Shown: positions 28,559 through 37,216, numbered from the stretch's first letter. The stretch is 51,223 nucleotides of DNA from Candidatus Omnitrophota bacterium (GCA_020057115.1 JAGVGJ010000029.1:1-51223); one strand, 5' to 3'. The notes: generated by a model from the sequence alone, not told the origin. Numbers and translations: made by a program.

Positions 28559-28647
28559 GTGTCATTGCGAGGAGGCGCTAAGCGCCGACGAAGCAACCTG
28601 TCAATGGCAAGTTTATAGATTGCTTCGGCCCTTCGGGCCTCGCAATG
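28559..28647. repeat. Long imperfect hairpin (GTCATTGCGAGG ... CCTCGCAATGAC)
   Basis: The outer 12-bp arms are perfectly complementary. An inner GAAGCAA/TTGCTTC pair is also present. The hairpin spans the miaA stop and the hflX upstream region. Confidence 0.75.
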
Positions 28648-29563
28648 ACATGCACACCTTCTCGATGATCTCCAAGTCATTCTGCTTAGTCACATCGAAC
28701 CACCTGATCCGCTTGTCCGCCCTGAACCATGTCAACTGCCTCTTAGCAAAATTCCTGGTATTTTTTTTGAGCATCTCTTTTGCGGCATCAAGATCATAAG
28801 CGCCGTCAAGATATCCTGCGATCTCTTTATATCCTAGCACAGCCTGCGCGGTCTTAGACAGTTTCTTTTTCTTAAGCCTCTTAACCTCTGTAATGGCTCC
28901 GGAGTCGAGCATTTTATCGACGCGCTTATCTGTATTTTTATAGATAACCCCGCGCGGCGCGGTCAGGCCGAATATCATTATATCATACTTATCCTTCAGG
29001 CCCTTTGTCATAGATTTAAGCTCTGTCATAGTCTTGCCTGTCTGGTGATATATTTCAAGGGCTCTTATTATGCGCCTTGCGTCATTCGGATGGATCAAGC
29101 CAGCGGCATCAGGGTCTATGCGAGCCAGCCTTCCATGCAATTCCGGGCTTCCGCGTTTTAAGGCAAGTCCGTACATTTTTTTGCGGAATTTCTCATCAGC
29201 TTCCGGGGACGGGAACAGACCATCAATGAGCGCTTTCACGTAAAGACCGCTTCCCCCGACCACTATCGGCGCCTTTTTATGTTTAAACGCTGATGCTATG
29301 GCTCTTATCGCTGATCTTCTGAATATCGCAACACTATACTCTTTTTTTGGGTCTAACATGCCCACAAAGCGGTGGGTGGTGTTTCTGCGCTCTTTCCGAG
29401 CCGGCGCCTGGCTTATAATATCCACACCTTTATAGACTTGCATGGAGTCTGCGGAGATTATTTCACCGTTTATCCGGCGGGCAAGCTTTACAGCTAAGCG
29501 GGTCTTTCCTATGGCGGTAGGTCCTACTATGAATACGACGGTTGGTCTTTTATTGGCAGGCAT
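28613..29563 (-). CDS. miaA: tRNA dimethylallyltransferase
   Basis: IVGPTAIGKT P-loop and canonical MiaA sequence. Start chosen at MPANKRP (29563); ATGs at 29584 and 29629 are alternatives. Confidence 0.85.
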   Translation of the reverse strand: MPANKRPTVVFIVGPTAIGKTRLAVKLARRINGEIISADSMQVYKGVDIISQAPARKERRNTTHRFVGMLDPKKEYSVAIFRRSAIRAIASAFKHKKAPIVVGGSGLYVKALIDGLFPSPEADEKFRKKMYGLALKRGSPELHGRLARIDPDAAGLIHPNDARRIIRALEIYHQTGKTMTELKSMTKGLKDKYDIMIFGLTAPRGVIYKNTDKRVDKMLDSGAITEVKRLKKKKLSKTAQAVLGYKEIAGYLDGAYDLDAAKEMLKKNTRNFAKRQLTWFRADKRIRWFDVTKQNDLEIIEKVCMSLRGPKGRSNL

Positions 29564-30449
29564 CGCCTGAACATATCCTGGCATTATAGCCGCGGCCTTT
29601 AAGGTCTGAGGCCGTCTTCTCGGCCTCATTCTTCCAGCTGAATCTTCCCACTTTCACTCTATACATGCCGTCTTCAGCCGCTTTGGCATAATCGACAAAG
29701 GTTTCATAGCCATCCCCTGTAAGCTTATGGCTCAATTTTTCGGCATTATATTTGCTCTTAAAGGATCCGACCTGGACAGAGAAGCGGCTGCCCTGTCCGG
29801 ATAAAGGCTCTTTCAGAGACTGCGTATCATGATTTGGCTCTGCTTCCGCTGTCGCGACCCGGCAATAGCCTGGCCTCGGTATCATACGGGATTCGAAACT
29901 TAAAGGCGCCATCTTTCTGGACTTATCAAAATAAAATTCGGCCCTGTCGTTTATGCCAGACTTTCTGTAACAGCACCCTATCCTGTAATAGACAAGCGCC
30001 AGATTTTTATCATTCGGGAATTCCGACAAAATGCCCTCGTAGCTTTTTGTGGCATTTCCAATATTGCCTTCAAGAAAATAGGCATCGCCTATCCCGATAT
30101 AAGAATCGAATTTGCGGCCTGACCTGGAATATTTAGATATAACGGTATTAAAGTCGCTCCTTGCGGCATCAAATTTTCCCAGCTTTAACTCGGCAAGGCC
30201 TCTTTCGTAATAAAGCTCTTCGCGTCCGGAGGATCTGGAATCTATCAATTTTGTGGCGTCGCTTACGATCTTATTATAGTTTCCTTCAAGAAGCGCCCGT
30301 TCCATCTTTGGGTCAATGGCGTTTTCATATCTCGCCTCGGAAATAGATGAGAAAACTGCCACGAGAAGAATGGCCAAAAATATGTATGATATTTTTAGCT
30401 TTATTCCCGTTATCTGGACCCCGGACCCTGGACCCTGGACCCTGCTCAT
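29550..30449 (-). CDS. TPR-repeat / SPOR-domain (peptidoglycan-binding) protein
   Basis: Signal/anchor helix, TPR-like repeats, C-terminal SPOR (FSVQVGSFKSKYNAEKL...YRVKVGRF). The ATG overlaps the miaB stop as ATGA. Confidence 0.75.
   Translation of the reverse strand: MSRVQGPGSGVQITGIKLKISYIFLAILLVAVFSSISEARYENAIDPKMERALLEGNYNKIVSDATKLIDSRSSGREELYYERGLAELKLGKFDAARSDFNTVISKYSRSGRKFDSYIGIGDAYFLEGNIGNATKSYEGILSEFPNDKNLALVYYRIGCCYRKSGINDRAEFYFDKSRKMAPLSFESRMIPRPGYCRVATAEAEPNHDTQSLKEPLSGQGSRFSVQVGSFKSKYNAEKLSHKLTGDGYETFVDYAKAAEDGMYRVKVGRFSWKNEAEKTASDLKGRGYNARICSGDACQ
30415..30442. repeat. Heptamer array TGGACCC CGGACCC TGGACCC TGGACCC (half heptad element)
   Basis: Counted directly. It forms codons 3-12 of the SPOR gene, just after the miaB stop. 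Confidence 0.9.
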
Positions 30450-31840
30450 GTCATTCTCCCGATCAATGTATGCGGCTTCACCGACTCTATCTTCACTTCC
30501 ACAAGCTTTCCCGTTAATTTCTTCGGACCTTGGAATATCGTATTCTTATTCGTCCGTGTCCTTCCCGATAAAAGGGATGGCTGCCTTTCAGAAGGACCGT
30601 CAACAAGGACTTGTACTATTTTACCACACGTCTCCTCATTTCGCTTCCGTGATATTTCACGCTGAAGGACCATCAGCATCTCAAGCCTCTCCTGCTTTAA
30701 GGCCTCGGAAACATCGTCAATAAGCTCAGCGGATCTTGCAGGCGGCCTCGATGAATATTTGAACGTAAAAGCGCCGTCAAAGCCCACTTCTTTCATGAGG
30801 TCAACTGTGTCATTGAAATCTCGATCCGATTCCGAAGGAAACCCAGCTATAATATCCGTCGTAATGCTTCCACCCGGAACAAACTTCTTATATTCTTCTA
30901 CCAGCTTCAGATATTTAGCGCGGGCATAGTTGCGGTTCATGAGCTTTAATATCCTATCCGAGCCGGATTGGATAGGAAGATGCAGATGCTCGCATATCTT
31001 ATCAAGATCCCTCATCGCTTTAAACAGCTCTACATGCGCATCCTTCGGGTGGCTTGTCATGAAGCGTATGCGTTCTATGCCCTTTATGCCATTGATTTTT
31101 TGAAGCAATTCAGCAAACCCTGTCTTTATATTTTTCCTGGACCCTGGACCCTGGACCCTGGACCCTTTATACGAATTTACGTTCTGGCCAAGCAGGGTTA
31201 CCTCTTTATACCCTCTCCCGGCAAGATCATTAACTTCTCTTACTATATCCTCTATATCACGAGAGCGCTCCCTGCCGCGCACATACGGCACAATGCAATA
31301 TGAGCAATAATTATCGCACCCCTCGCCTATCGAAACAAATGCTTTGAATTTGTTCTCCCTGTAAGACGGAAAGAGCTCGGGCCTCTTATCGTCGACTTTA
31401 TCGACCGCAACCATGGAGCATCTGTCTTTCAATACATCTTTTATCATCCGCGGTAAGTCGCTCTCATTGCCTGGGCCACAGACTATATCAAGCACCGGAA
31501 GTCGCTCCAGCATTTTAGACTTATGATTCTGAGCTGTGCATCCTATCAAACCTATAACAAGCCTCGGCCGTTTCTTCTTCTCGAGCTTTAGGTCAGCTAT
31601 ATTGCTTATAAGCCTGTCTTCAGCGTGCTCTCTCACTGAGCAAGAATTAAAAAGTATTATATCTGCCTTCTCCGCAGACTCTGCCCGCGTAAATCCGTTA
31701 TCAATAAGCAGGCCCATAACGAATTCCGAATCACGGATATTCATCTGGCATCCGAAGGTGCGCAACAGTATACGCTTTCCCTGACCGGGCTTCCCTTCGG
31801 ATTTGCCTGCTTTGTCGTCGTTTCGCTCTTTTTCTGCCAT
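30446..31840 (-). CDS. miaB: tRNA-2-methylthio-N6-dimethylallyladenosine synthase
   Basis: TFGCQMN UPF0004 motif, radical-SAM CDNYCSYC, and a TRAM C-terminus. Confidence 0.9.
   Translation of the reverse strand: MAEKERNDDKAGKSEGKPGQGKRILLRTFGCQMNIRDSEFVMGLLIDNGFTRAESAEKADIILFNSCSVREHAEDRLISNIADLKLEKKKRPRLVIGLIGCTAQNHKSKMLERLPVLDIVCGPGNESDLPRMIKDVLKDRCSMVAVDKVDDKRPELFPSYRENKFKAFVSIGEGCDNYCSYCIVPYVRGRERSRDIEDIVREVNDLAGRGYKEVTLLGQNVNSYKGSRVQGPGSRKNIKTGFAELLQKINGIKGIERIRFMTSHPKDAHVELFKAMRDLDKICEHLHLPIQSGSDRILKLMNRNYARAKYLKLVEEYKKFVPGGSITTDIIAGFPSESDRDFNDTVDLMKEVGFDGAFTFKYSSRPPARSAELIDDVSEALKQERLEMLMVLQREISRKRNEETCGKIVQVLVDGPSERQPSLLSGRTRTNKNTIFQGPKKLTGKLVEVKIESVKPHTLIGRMT
31138..31165. repeat. 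Perfect heptamer array (TGGACCC)x4 inside miaB, preceded by TTTATATTTTT
   Basis: Counted directly. It encodes ..GSRVQGPGS.. in the linker after NVNSYKG. Confidence 0.95.
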
Positions 31841-33420
31841 TTTAACCCCTCTTCATAACACATTTTCCAAGGTTCATTAATATCAACCTTGACGATCTCT
31901 GTATTTTGAATGTAGATGCCCTTAAATATTATCCTCATGAACGTTTTGATGAGGTAATCCATCTTCTCGGTATTCGGATTGCTCCGAAGACAAAGTAAAA
32001 AGTCCTGCGTCGCTTTGACCAGATTCACGGAGTTGCGCTTCTCAAGAATCTTCAACTGAATCGACTTAACATCCTGCCGGAACCTTTTCTCCTCATTCCT
32101 TAAAAGCTCGGCCCGATCCTTATAGATATCAATATTGATCTTGTCCTCCGAGAAAACTTCGTAAAGCCCCTTCTGCTTCTCAAGATTCTTGCTTAGATCC
32201 TTCTCTTTCGCTTCCAAATCTTCAATGAACTTCTGCTCCGGCTCGGTAGCAGTTAACTTTATTACGTCGCTCAACTCTTCGATGACATGCAAGTTTTTGC
32301 TGATGGTATCGATGATGTCCCAAACCTGCTTGTTAATGACGTCAGCCTTAACGTATTTATTATTACATTTGACATACGAAACGCCCAAAGATGAACAGCA
32401 ATACCACGGCCGTCTCATCTTGGTACGATGATTGCACGTCAACATCAGCCCGCGATAATTGCGGCCGCATTCATTGCACTTTAAAACTCCGGACAGATGA
32501 TAAACATTATTTTTGAACCTCACCACAGAATTGGTGCGATTACGCGCCAGAAGTTTCTGCGCGGCATCATGCATCTCTTGAGTAATAATCGGCTCGTGCG
32601 CATTCGGAACTTCAATGATCTTGGACGGGTCATTATTGACATACCGGTATCCCTTGCCTTCGCCGTTTTTCGTTTTGGTCTTAGTATCGTAATGCCGTCT
32701 ATTCCAAACGATCGTCCCCAAATACACTTTGCTGTGCAGAATATCGGAAATGAATTTGCCGTAAAACCTGCCGCCTTGTCTTGCCGCAACTCCGAGATGA
32801 TAATAATGCCCGGCGATCTGGGCAGTGCCTTTGCCATTTAAATACTGATCAAAAATATCTTTGACGATTTTTGCTTCTTCGGGATAGATTTCCAGCTTCT
32901 TGATTTCCTTATTATAACGATAGCCGTATGGCGCATACCGCGCGCCTTGCCAATGACCTCTCTTAACGCCAACCACCATTCCCGGAAACACCCTCTCGAC
33001 TAAACGATTACGTTCAAACTCCGCGCAACTGCCCAGCATCTGAATCGCCATTTTACCGGCGCTGGATGTGGTATCGAACGGCTCAGTCGCCGATTTATAC
33101 CCGATGCCCAGCGAATCAACCTCCTCAAGTAGTCCTAACAGATCCTTAAGCCGACGGCTTAGGCGATCCTGCTTATATACCAAGATCAGATCAAACTGCT
33201 TATTGCGTGCGTCAAACAAAAGTCTCTGCAACGCCGGTCTGTCCATATTGCCGCCGGAATAACCGTCATCCATATAAACATCCCGGCCCGACATACTACA
33301 AAAGACATCCCAACCGAAGTTTTTCGCGTATTGCAAAAGATATGTCCTCTGCACCTCCAGCGAATAACCTTCGCGCGCCTGATCCTCTGTGCTCACTCTC
33401 GTATATAACGCTACTCTCAT
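31741..33420 (-). CDS. Large serine recombinase (integrase)
   Basis: The resolvase catalytic N-terminus is MRVALYTRVSTEDQ. A recombinase domain and a Cys-rich zinc-ribbon region (CNECG...C) follow, then a coiled-coil. 559 aa. Confidence 0.9.
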   Translation of the reverse strand: MRVALYTRVSTEDQAREGYSLEVQRTYLLQYAKNFGWDVFCSMSGRDVYMDDGYSGGNMDRPALQRLLFDARNKQFDLILVYKQDRLSRRLKDLLGLLEEVDSLGIGYKSATEPFDTTSSAGKMAIQMLGSCAEFERNRLVERVFPGMVVGVKRGHWQGARYAPYGYRYNKEIKKLEIYPEEAKIVKDIFDQYLNGKGTAQIAGHYYHLGVAARQGGRFYGKFISDILHSKVYLGTIVWNRRHYDTKTKTKNGEGKGYRYVNNDPSKIIEVPNAHEPIITQEMHDAAQKLLARNRTNSVVRFKNNVYHLSGVLKCNECGRNYRGLMLTCNHRTKMRRPWYCCSSLGVSYVKCNNKYVKADVINKQVWDIIDTISKNLHVIEELSDVIKLTATEPEQKFIEDLEAKEKDLSKNLEKQKGLYEVFSEDKINIDIYKDRAELLRNEEKRFRQDVKSIQLKILEKRNSVNLVKATQDFLLCLRSNPNTEKMDYLIKTFMRIIFKGIYIQNTEIVKVDINEPWKMCYEEGLKWQKKSETTTKQANPKGSPVRESVYCCAPSDAR

Positions 33421-33421
33421 C

Positions 33422-33607
33422 TTATCCTTTTAATGTCTCCCGCCATTCTTTAATCTTGGCGATACACTCGTCCGTAAACACCGGCCAGTCCTTGTAATCA
33501 CGCTTGGGCTTAACCCAACCCTTGCGGATCCAATTGATCATAGTCTGCCGGTGCACGCCCAGCAATTTTGCCGTCTCTGTCATGGTGTAAGTTTTCATAT
33601 TTGGCAC
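33422..33607 (-). CDS. Excisionase-family / MerR-like HTH DNA-binding protein
   Basis: TMTETAKLLGVHRQTMINWIRKGWV. It ends 1 nt before the integrase start. Confidence 0.7.
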   Translation of the reverse strand: MPNMKTYTMTETAKLLGVHRQTMINWIRKGWVKPKRDYKDWPVFTDECIAKIKEWRETLKG

Positions 33608-33646
33608 CTTTGTCTAATGGTGTCCAGTATACCGTATTATACAACC

Positions 33647-33844
33647 CTATACAAGCGGTTTCTTCTCCAAGTCATAACAATTTAAGAACATCCTCGACAT
33701 CAACTCTACGCCTTCATCAAAGGATTTACGAGCCTCTCGAATTTCGACGCTGGACAGACCCCGATCCTTCAGCTTTATCTCTAAAGCGTCCCAGCCTCGC
33801 GGCGTGACTACAGCTTCAATGATTGTGCTCGCTACCTTGATCAT
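33647..33844 (-). CDS. Hypothetical small protein
   Basis: The ORF is co-oriented with the island genes. No motif recognised. Confidence 0.35.
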   Translation of the reverse strand: MIKVASTIIEAVVTPRGWDALEIKLKDRGLSSVEIREARKSFDEGVELMSRMFLNCYDLEKKPLV

Positions 33845-34019
33845 ATTTTTCTACGTCAATAGGACATTCGGACATCGCAAATGTCCGGTTTTGTCGTGTT
33901 CTTAAGCACAAAAACGGCCCATACGACCACGACACGACATTTTCAAAATCCGACATCACTCACAGACTTCGCCTCGCCCGACCCGCGGCCGACACCCCTC
34001 CCGAAGGACCCGCCGATAG

Positions 34020-34320
34020 GTTTGTGAGCAATGTGAGGCTAAAATCCCTATCCTCACACCTGCCATGCTTGAGGCGCTATGTGCGCCTCTTCCTATATAT
34101 TTATTGATTTCTAAAAAGAGAGGGAATTTAGCCTCACAAACCTCACAAAAACTTATAACCCCTTGATGACTGTAGGCTTGACCTTGTGAGCACGCCTGTG
34201 AGCAAGCGTGAGCACTCGTGAGCAAACTCACACTTTCAGAACGGCCGGTCACTGTCCACCTCCGCGCGATCCTCACAAAGCACGCCCCTGCTCACACCTT
34301 CCTCACGCCCCTCCTCACAC
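34020..34320. repeat. Iteron cluster with AT-rich segment (putative replication origin of the element)
   Basis: GTGAGCA occurs at 34186, 34198, 34208 and 34218 (12/10/10-nt spacing). Further GTGAGCA/GTGAGGC copies lie at 34024 and 34033. Inverted (C/G)CTCAC(A/G) copies lie at 34052, 34132, 34141, 34271, 34290, 34301 and 34313. An AT-rich stretch spans 34091..34130. Confidence 0.6.
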
Positions 34321-36602
34321 GACTTTGACTCGGTTCTTCTGATAGTAAAAAGTCTCCGGCCAGTGCCGGGTTCGCGCTTGTCCTTCTTCACGATATCGAC
34401 TCCGACATTGCGCATGACCGGCGCAATACGCAGTAACTCCGTTGAAAGCCACTTAGCGGTCTTGGGCATGCCTTTCTCATCGTCGTCATTGTGGGTTACC
34501 TCATGCAAAAGCTCAGCGGCCGACCCCTCCCAATAGCCTGCGTGTTTGTCCATTAGCTCGATCAGCCTTTTAGCAAACGTGCTGTCGTCCGCAGTGTCCT
34601 GCCATTTTCGATCTACAGACTCCTGATACTTTTTGAAAAACTCATCCTGCGAATAACCAAGCACCTCTGCCAGAGCGCCTCCCCACTGGGCGAAATCCGA
34701 CATTCGAAACTTCTCATGTCCGGTAATTTGCGAAACAGTATTCATGGCTTTTGAAATGGCAGTAAAGAATCCACCCAGAATCCCGGGAAGCTCACATTGC
34801 CATTCGTCTTCCATGGTTTTCTCAGCGCGACTCTTCTTCAAAACCGGAATGTCAAAGATGATGGCCCGGTCAAGCAGATCGGCCCGCCACAAGGACGTGC
34901 CGATACCATTCAAAACAAAACACCGCCTGTAAGAGCGAATAAACTCATCGTCATTGGTATAAAGGCATCGCTTCATATCGCCTTCACCCGTAACGCCACG
35001 GCATAGAAAGTCGCTGAACCACTCGTGAATTTTAGAAATATTGTCAAAGGTACTAATCCAGTGCTTTTCCGCAGTCATCTGCGCTTGCTCCAATTCTTTG
35101 GGAGTTGAGATCAGCATGACTTTGGAAGGATCGCCCAAACCTTTGATCTTGCGAGAATTGTTCGATTTGCCGGAGCCCTGCTCACCGGTCTGGCTTAAAA
35201 TGACATGCGGAATATTCGGAATGAAAAATGATGCGATGGCAACCATGAAAAGACAATAATCATCAAGGTTCACATTACAGAAACGTAAGATCGCCTTAGG
35301 ATCCCCACCCTTAACCGGAATCACCTGCTCTGCTTGATGTTGATAACGCCTGAATATTGGCGGTAACGGCATAACGTCCCAGCCGGTCTCATCGATTACC
35401 ACGCCGCGATAATCCGGGGTCGTAAGGTCATAATAGATTTTCCCGCCATGCCAGCCAACGCGATTAAATAGCTCCACCTGCCGAGCACTGCCACAGCGCG
35501 CCTCAACCTGAATCCGCGCTTGATTAAGAGATTCGCTTTTCGGCGGCACCCCAAACCTCTCACGAAACCGCGTCGCCTTCCAATTCCTGAAGCGGACACT
35601 TGAAGTAAGACACACCTCAAAATGGCTTTCCACCGGAAGCACCACGAATGCGTTGCCATGCTGATCGCGAAAGAAATCCTTAATGTTCTCCTCGCAATCG
35701 CGGGTAATAATCTCGCCTTGCGTGAGCTTAGCCTTAGCAACCGGCCCCGGAACGCCATTGCCTCCATAAACCTCCCGGCACCCGCTGATAGCCTTCTCAA
35801 TAACCGACTGGCCATAAGTCCGGCCATCACCAAAATGCTTCTCATCCCACTTGGGCCGCATGAGTCCGGACTGGCGAAAGAGCGAATCCATAAGCCCGGC
35901 GTCTTTACCCGTCCAAAAGGCCAGCTTGTTGCCAAGAGCAAAATCTGCTTCGCTTTGAGATGGATAATCGTTTTGCCACTGGCCGGAATAGAGCCGCTGA
36001 AACCTCTCCGCGTCTTGGCTTTTTGCAATTACGGAAAGAATATCGTCCGCTGGCCCTTTATCTACAAACCGGCTGAATATAGTTTTAAGCGCATTAGTAC
36101 ACTCGTTAAGTTCAGCCGGATAATCCGTAAGCCGGTTGCCGGTTACAGTAAAGAACCTGCCCTTGGTATAAATCTCAAGCCCGATCTTTGATATCTTGCA
36201 GGCCCGAGCGATCGAACCTCTGCAAAGAATATGAATACCGGTGCCGCTGGGCGAGTATTCAGAATACGAATTGAGTGCTTTTAGGATTTCCAAAGCATAC
36301 GGCGCGATCACGCCGTCTTTAACGCAGTGGTCAATATCCACGCCCACATAAGGCGGTTGAAACATAAAGCCAACACCCGCGTATCCGCGCTGACTCACCA
36401 GATCAACGGCAGTCTGATAATCTGTCCATGTGCTGGGATCGTTACTTTTGGCAGGACGTCCGGTCAGGACGTTCATAGGGACTTTATCAATGCGGTCTTT
36501 GTTACGCCTGAGCTGATATCCAACCCAGCTCGGTAGCTTAAGTAATTCCTGCGGTATGATCTCTTCCATTTTTCTCTTCTCTTTTCTTCTCTCGTCTTCC
36601 AT
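34236..36602 (-). CDS. Bifunctional AEP primase-polymerase / P-loop helicase (phage-plasmid primase type)
   Basis: Prim-Pol motifs are GVGFMF..VGVDIDHC and SPSGTGIHILC. The SQSEADFALGNKLAFWTG..LFRQSGLMRPKWDE motif is also present. Walker A is GEQGSGKS. Confidence 0.8.
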   Translation of the reverse strand: MEDERRKEKRKMEEIIPQELLKLPSWVGYQLRRNKDRIDKVPMNVLTGRPAKSNDPSTWTDYQTAVDLVSQRGYAGVGFMFQPPYVGVDIDHCVKDGVIAPYALEILKALNSYSEYSPSGTGIHILCRGSIARACKISKIGLEIYTKGRFFTVTGNRLTDYPAELNECTNALKTIFSRFVDKGPADDILSVIAKSQDAERFQRLYSGQWQNDYPSQSEADFALGNKLAFWTGKDAGLMDSLFRQSGLMRPKWDEKHFGDGRTYGQSVIEKAISGCREVYGGNGVPGPVAKAKLTQGEIITRDCEENIKDFFRDQHGNAFVVLPVESHFEVCLTSSVRFRNWKATRFRERFGVPPKSESLNQARIQVEARCGSARQVELFNRVGWHGGKIYYDLTTPDYRGVVIDETGWDVMPLPPIFRRYQHQAEQVIPVKGGDPKAILRFCNVNLDDYCLFMVAIASFFIPNIPHVILSQTGEQGSGKSNNSRKIKGLGDPSKVMLISTPKELEQAQMTAEKHWISTFDNISKIHEWFSDFLCRGVTGEGDMKRCLYTNDDEFIRSYRRCFVLNGIGTSLWRADLLDRAIIFDIPVLKKSRAEKTMEDEWQCELPGILGGFFTAISKAMNTVSQITGHEKFRMSDFAQWGGALAEVLGYSQDEFFKKYQESVDRKWQDTADDSTFAKRLIELMDKHAGYWEGSAAELLHEVTHNDDDEKGMPKTAKWLSTELLRIAPVMRNVGVDIVKKDKREPGTGRRLFTIRRTESKSCEEGREEGVSRGVLCEDRAEVDSDRPF

Positions 36603-36604
36603 TT

Positions 36605-36835
36605 TTAAACTCCGTTTTGAAATAGGTAATCCTTAACCCTCCGGTAACAATCAAACAGCTTGCGCGCCTCCGAATCGGCGAAAAACTCTTCGCATGCCTT
36701 ATGCACGGCCGGAATATCGTCAAACAGGATCCTCTTGAGCCGCCCCGATCCCTCAATGCCCTTCATAGCAAACCCGCAAGAGAGCAAATACGTAGCCAGA
36801 TAGAGATTCCCTGCCTCAAAGCACTTGTCTTTCAT
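36605..36835 (-). CDS. Small protein, DUF5659-like
   Basis: LYLATYLLSCGFAMKGIE resembles DUF5659 proteins as I remember them. It lies immediately upstream of the primase. Confidence 0.4.
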   Translation of the reverse strand: MKDKCFEAGNLYLATYLLSCGFAMKGIEGSGRLKRILFDDIPAVHKACEEFFADSEARKLFDCYRRVKDYLFQNGV

Positions 36836-37175
36836 AGTTTCACTGCCTCCTACTAGCTACATACGACAACTTTTGGAAATATGACGAAAAATTCTTTCAC
36901 TATTTTCACTCCATGCCCCTCTATATGCTATATACGCAAGAATCTGGAAACCTGCCGGAAATATTTTCACTTTCTTCACTCCAACCAGCACGTCATCCTG
37001 AGCGAAGCGAAGGATCTCTCTAATCGTATATTCCGGATTTTTCCGAAAAGTGTCGGAACTTTTTTGTCCCTCACCGAAGTTATTACGTTTTTAGGCTCAA
37101 AGTTTCGCACCCTGCCGTAACTTTTTCTTCCCAATGCGTATATACAGCCTTTTTTGCCAAAGTGTCCCACCCCAT

Positions 37176-37216
37176 AAAAAGAAAAAAACCATTTCCCGCC
37201 AGTCGACTGGAAATGG
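37176..37216 (-). terminator. Rho-independent terminator downstream of the DUF4238-like gene
   Basis: The minus strand reads CCATTTCC-agtcgactggcg-GGAAATGG followed by TTTTTTTCTTTTT. Confidence 0.7.

Noticed and set aside
7475-31165. Possibility that the repeated 28-nt arrays represent a CRISPR array
   Set aside because: The units are tandem 7-mers or inverted arms, not direct repeats of 24-40 nt separated by unique spacers. There are no cas genes in the window.
31741-31900. Expectation of a tRNA gene at the island boundary
   Set aside because: No cloverleaf-like sequence is present. The integrase is a serine recombinase, which does not need a tRNA target, and the boundary gene is miaB.
33956-34276. 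106-aa minus-strand ORF in the gap between the small hypothetical gene and the primase-helicase
   Set aside because: It lies entirely over the GTGAGCA/CCTCAC iteron cluster and overlaps the primase stop. Its composition (runs of S/C/A/H from the repeats) looks like translated repeat DNA, not a gene.
36992-37018. GTCATCCTGAGCGAAGCGAAGGATCTC motif in the intergenic region downstream of the DUF4238-like gene
   Set aside because: It occurs once in the window with no partner arm. It is noted only as possibly related to the 28559..28647 hairpin, and there is not enough evidence to call it a feature.
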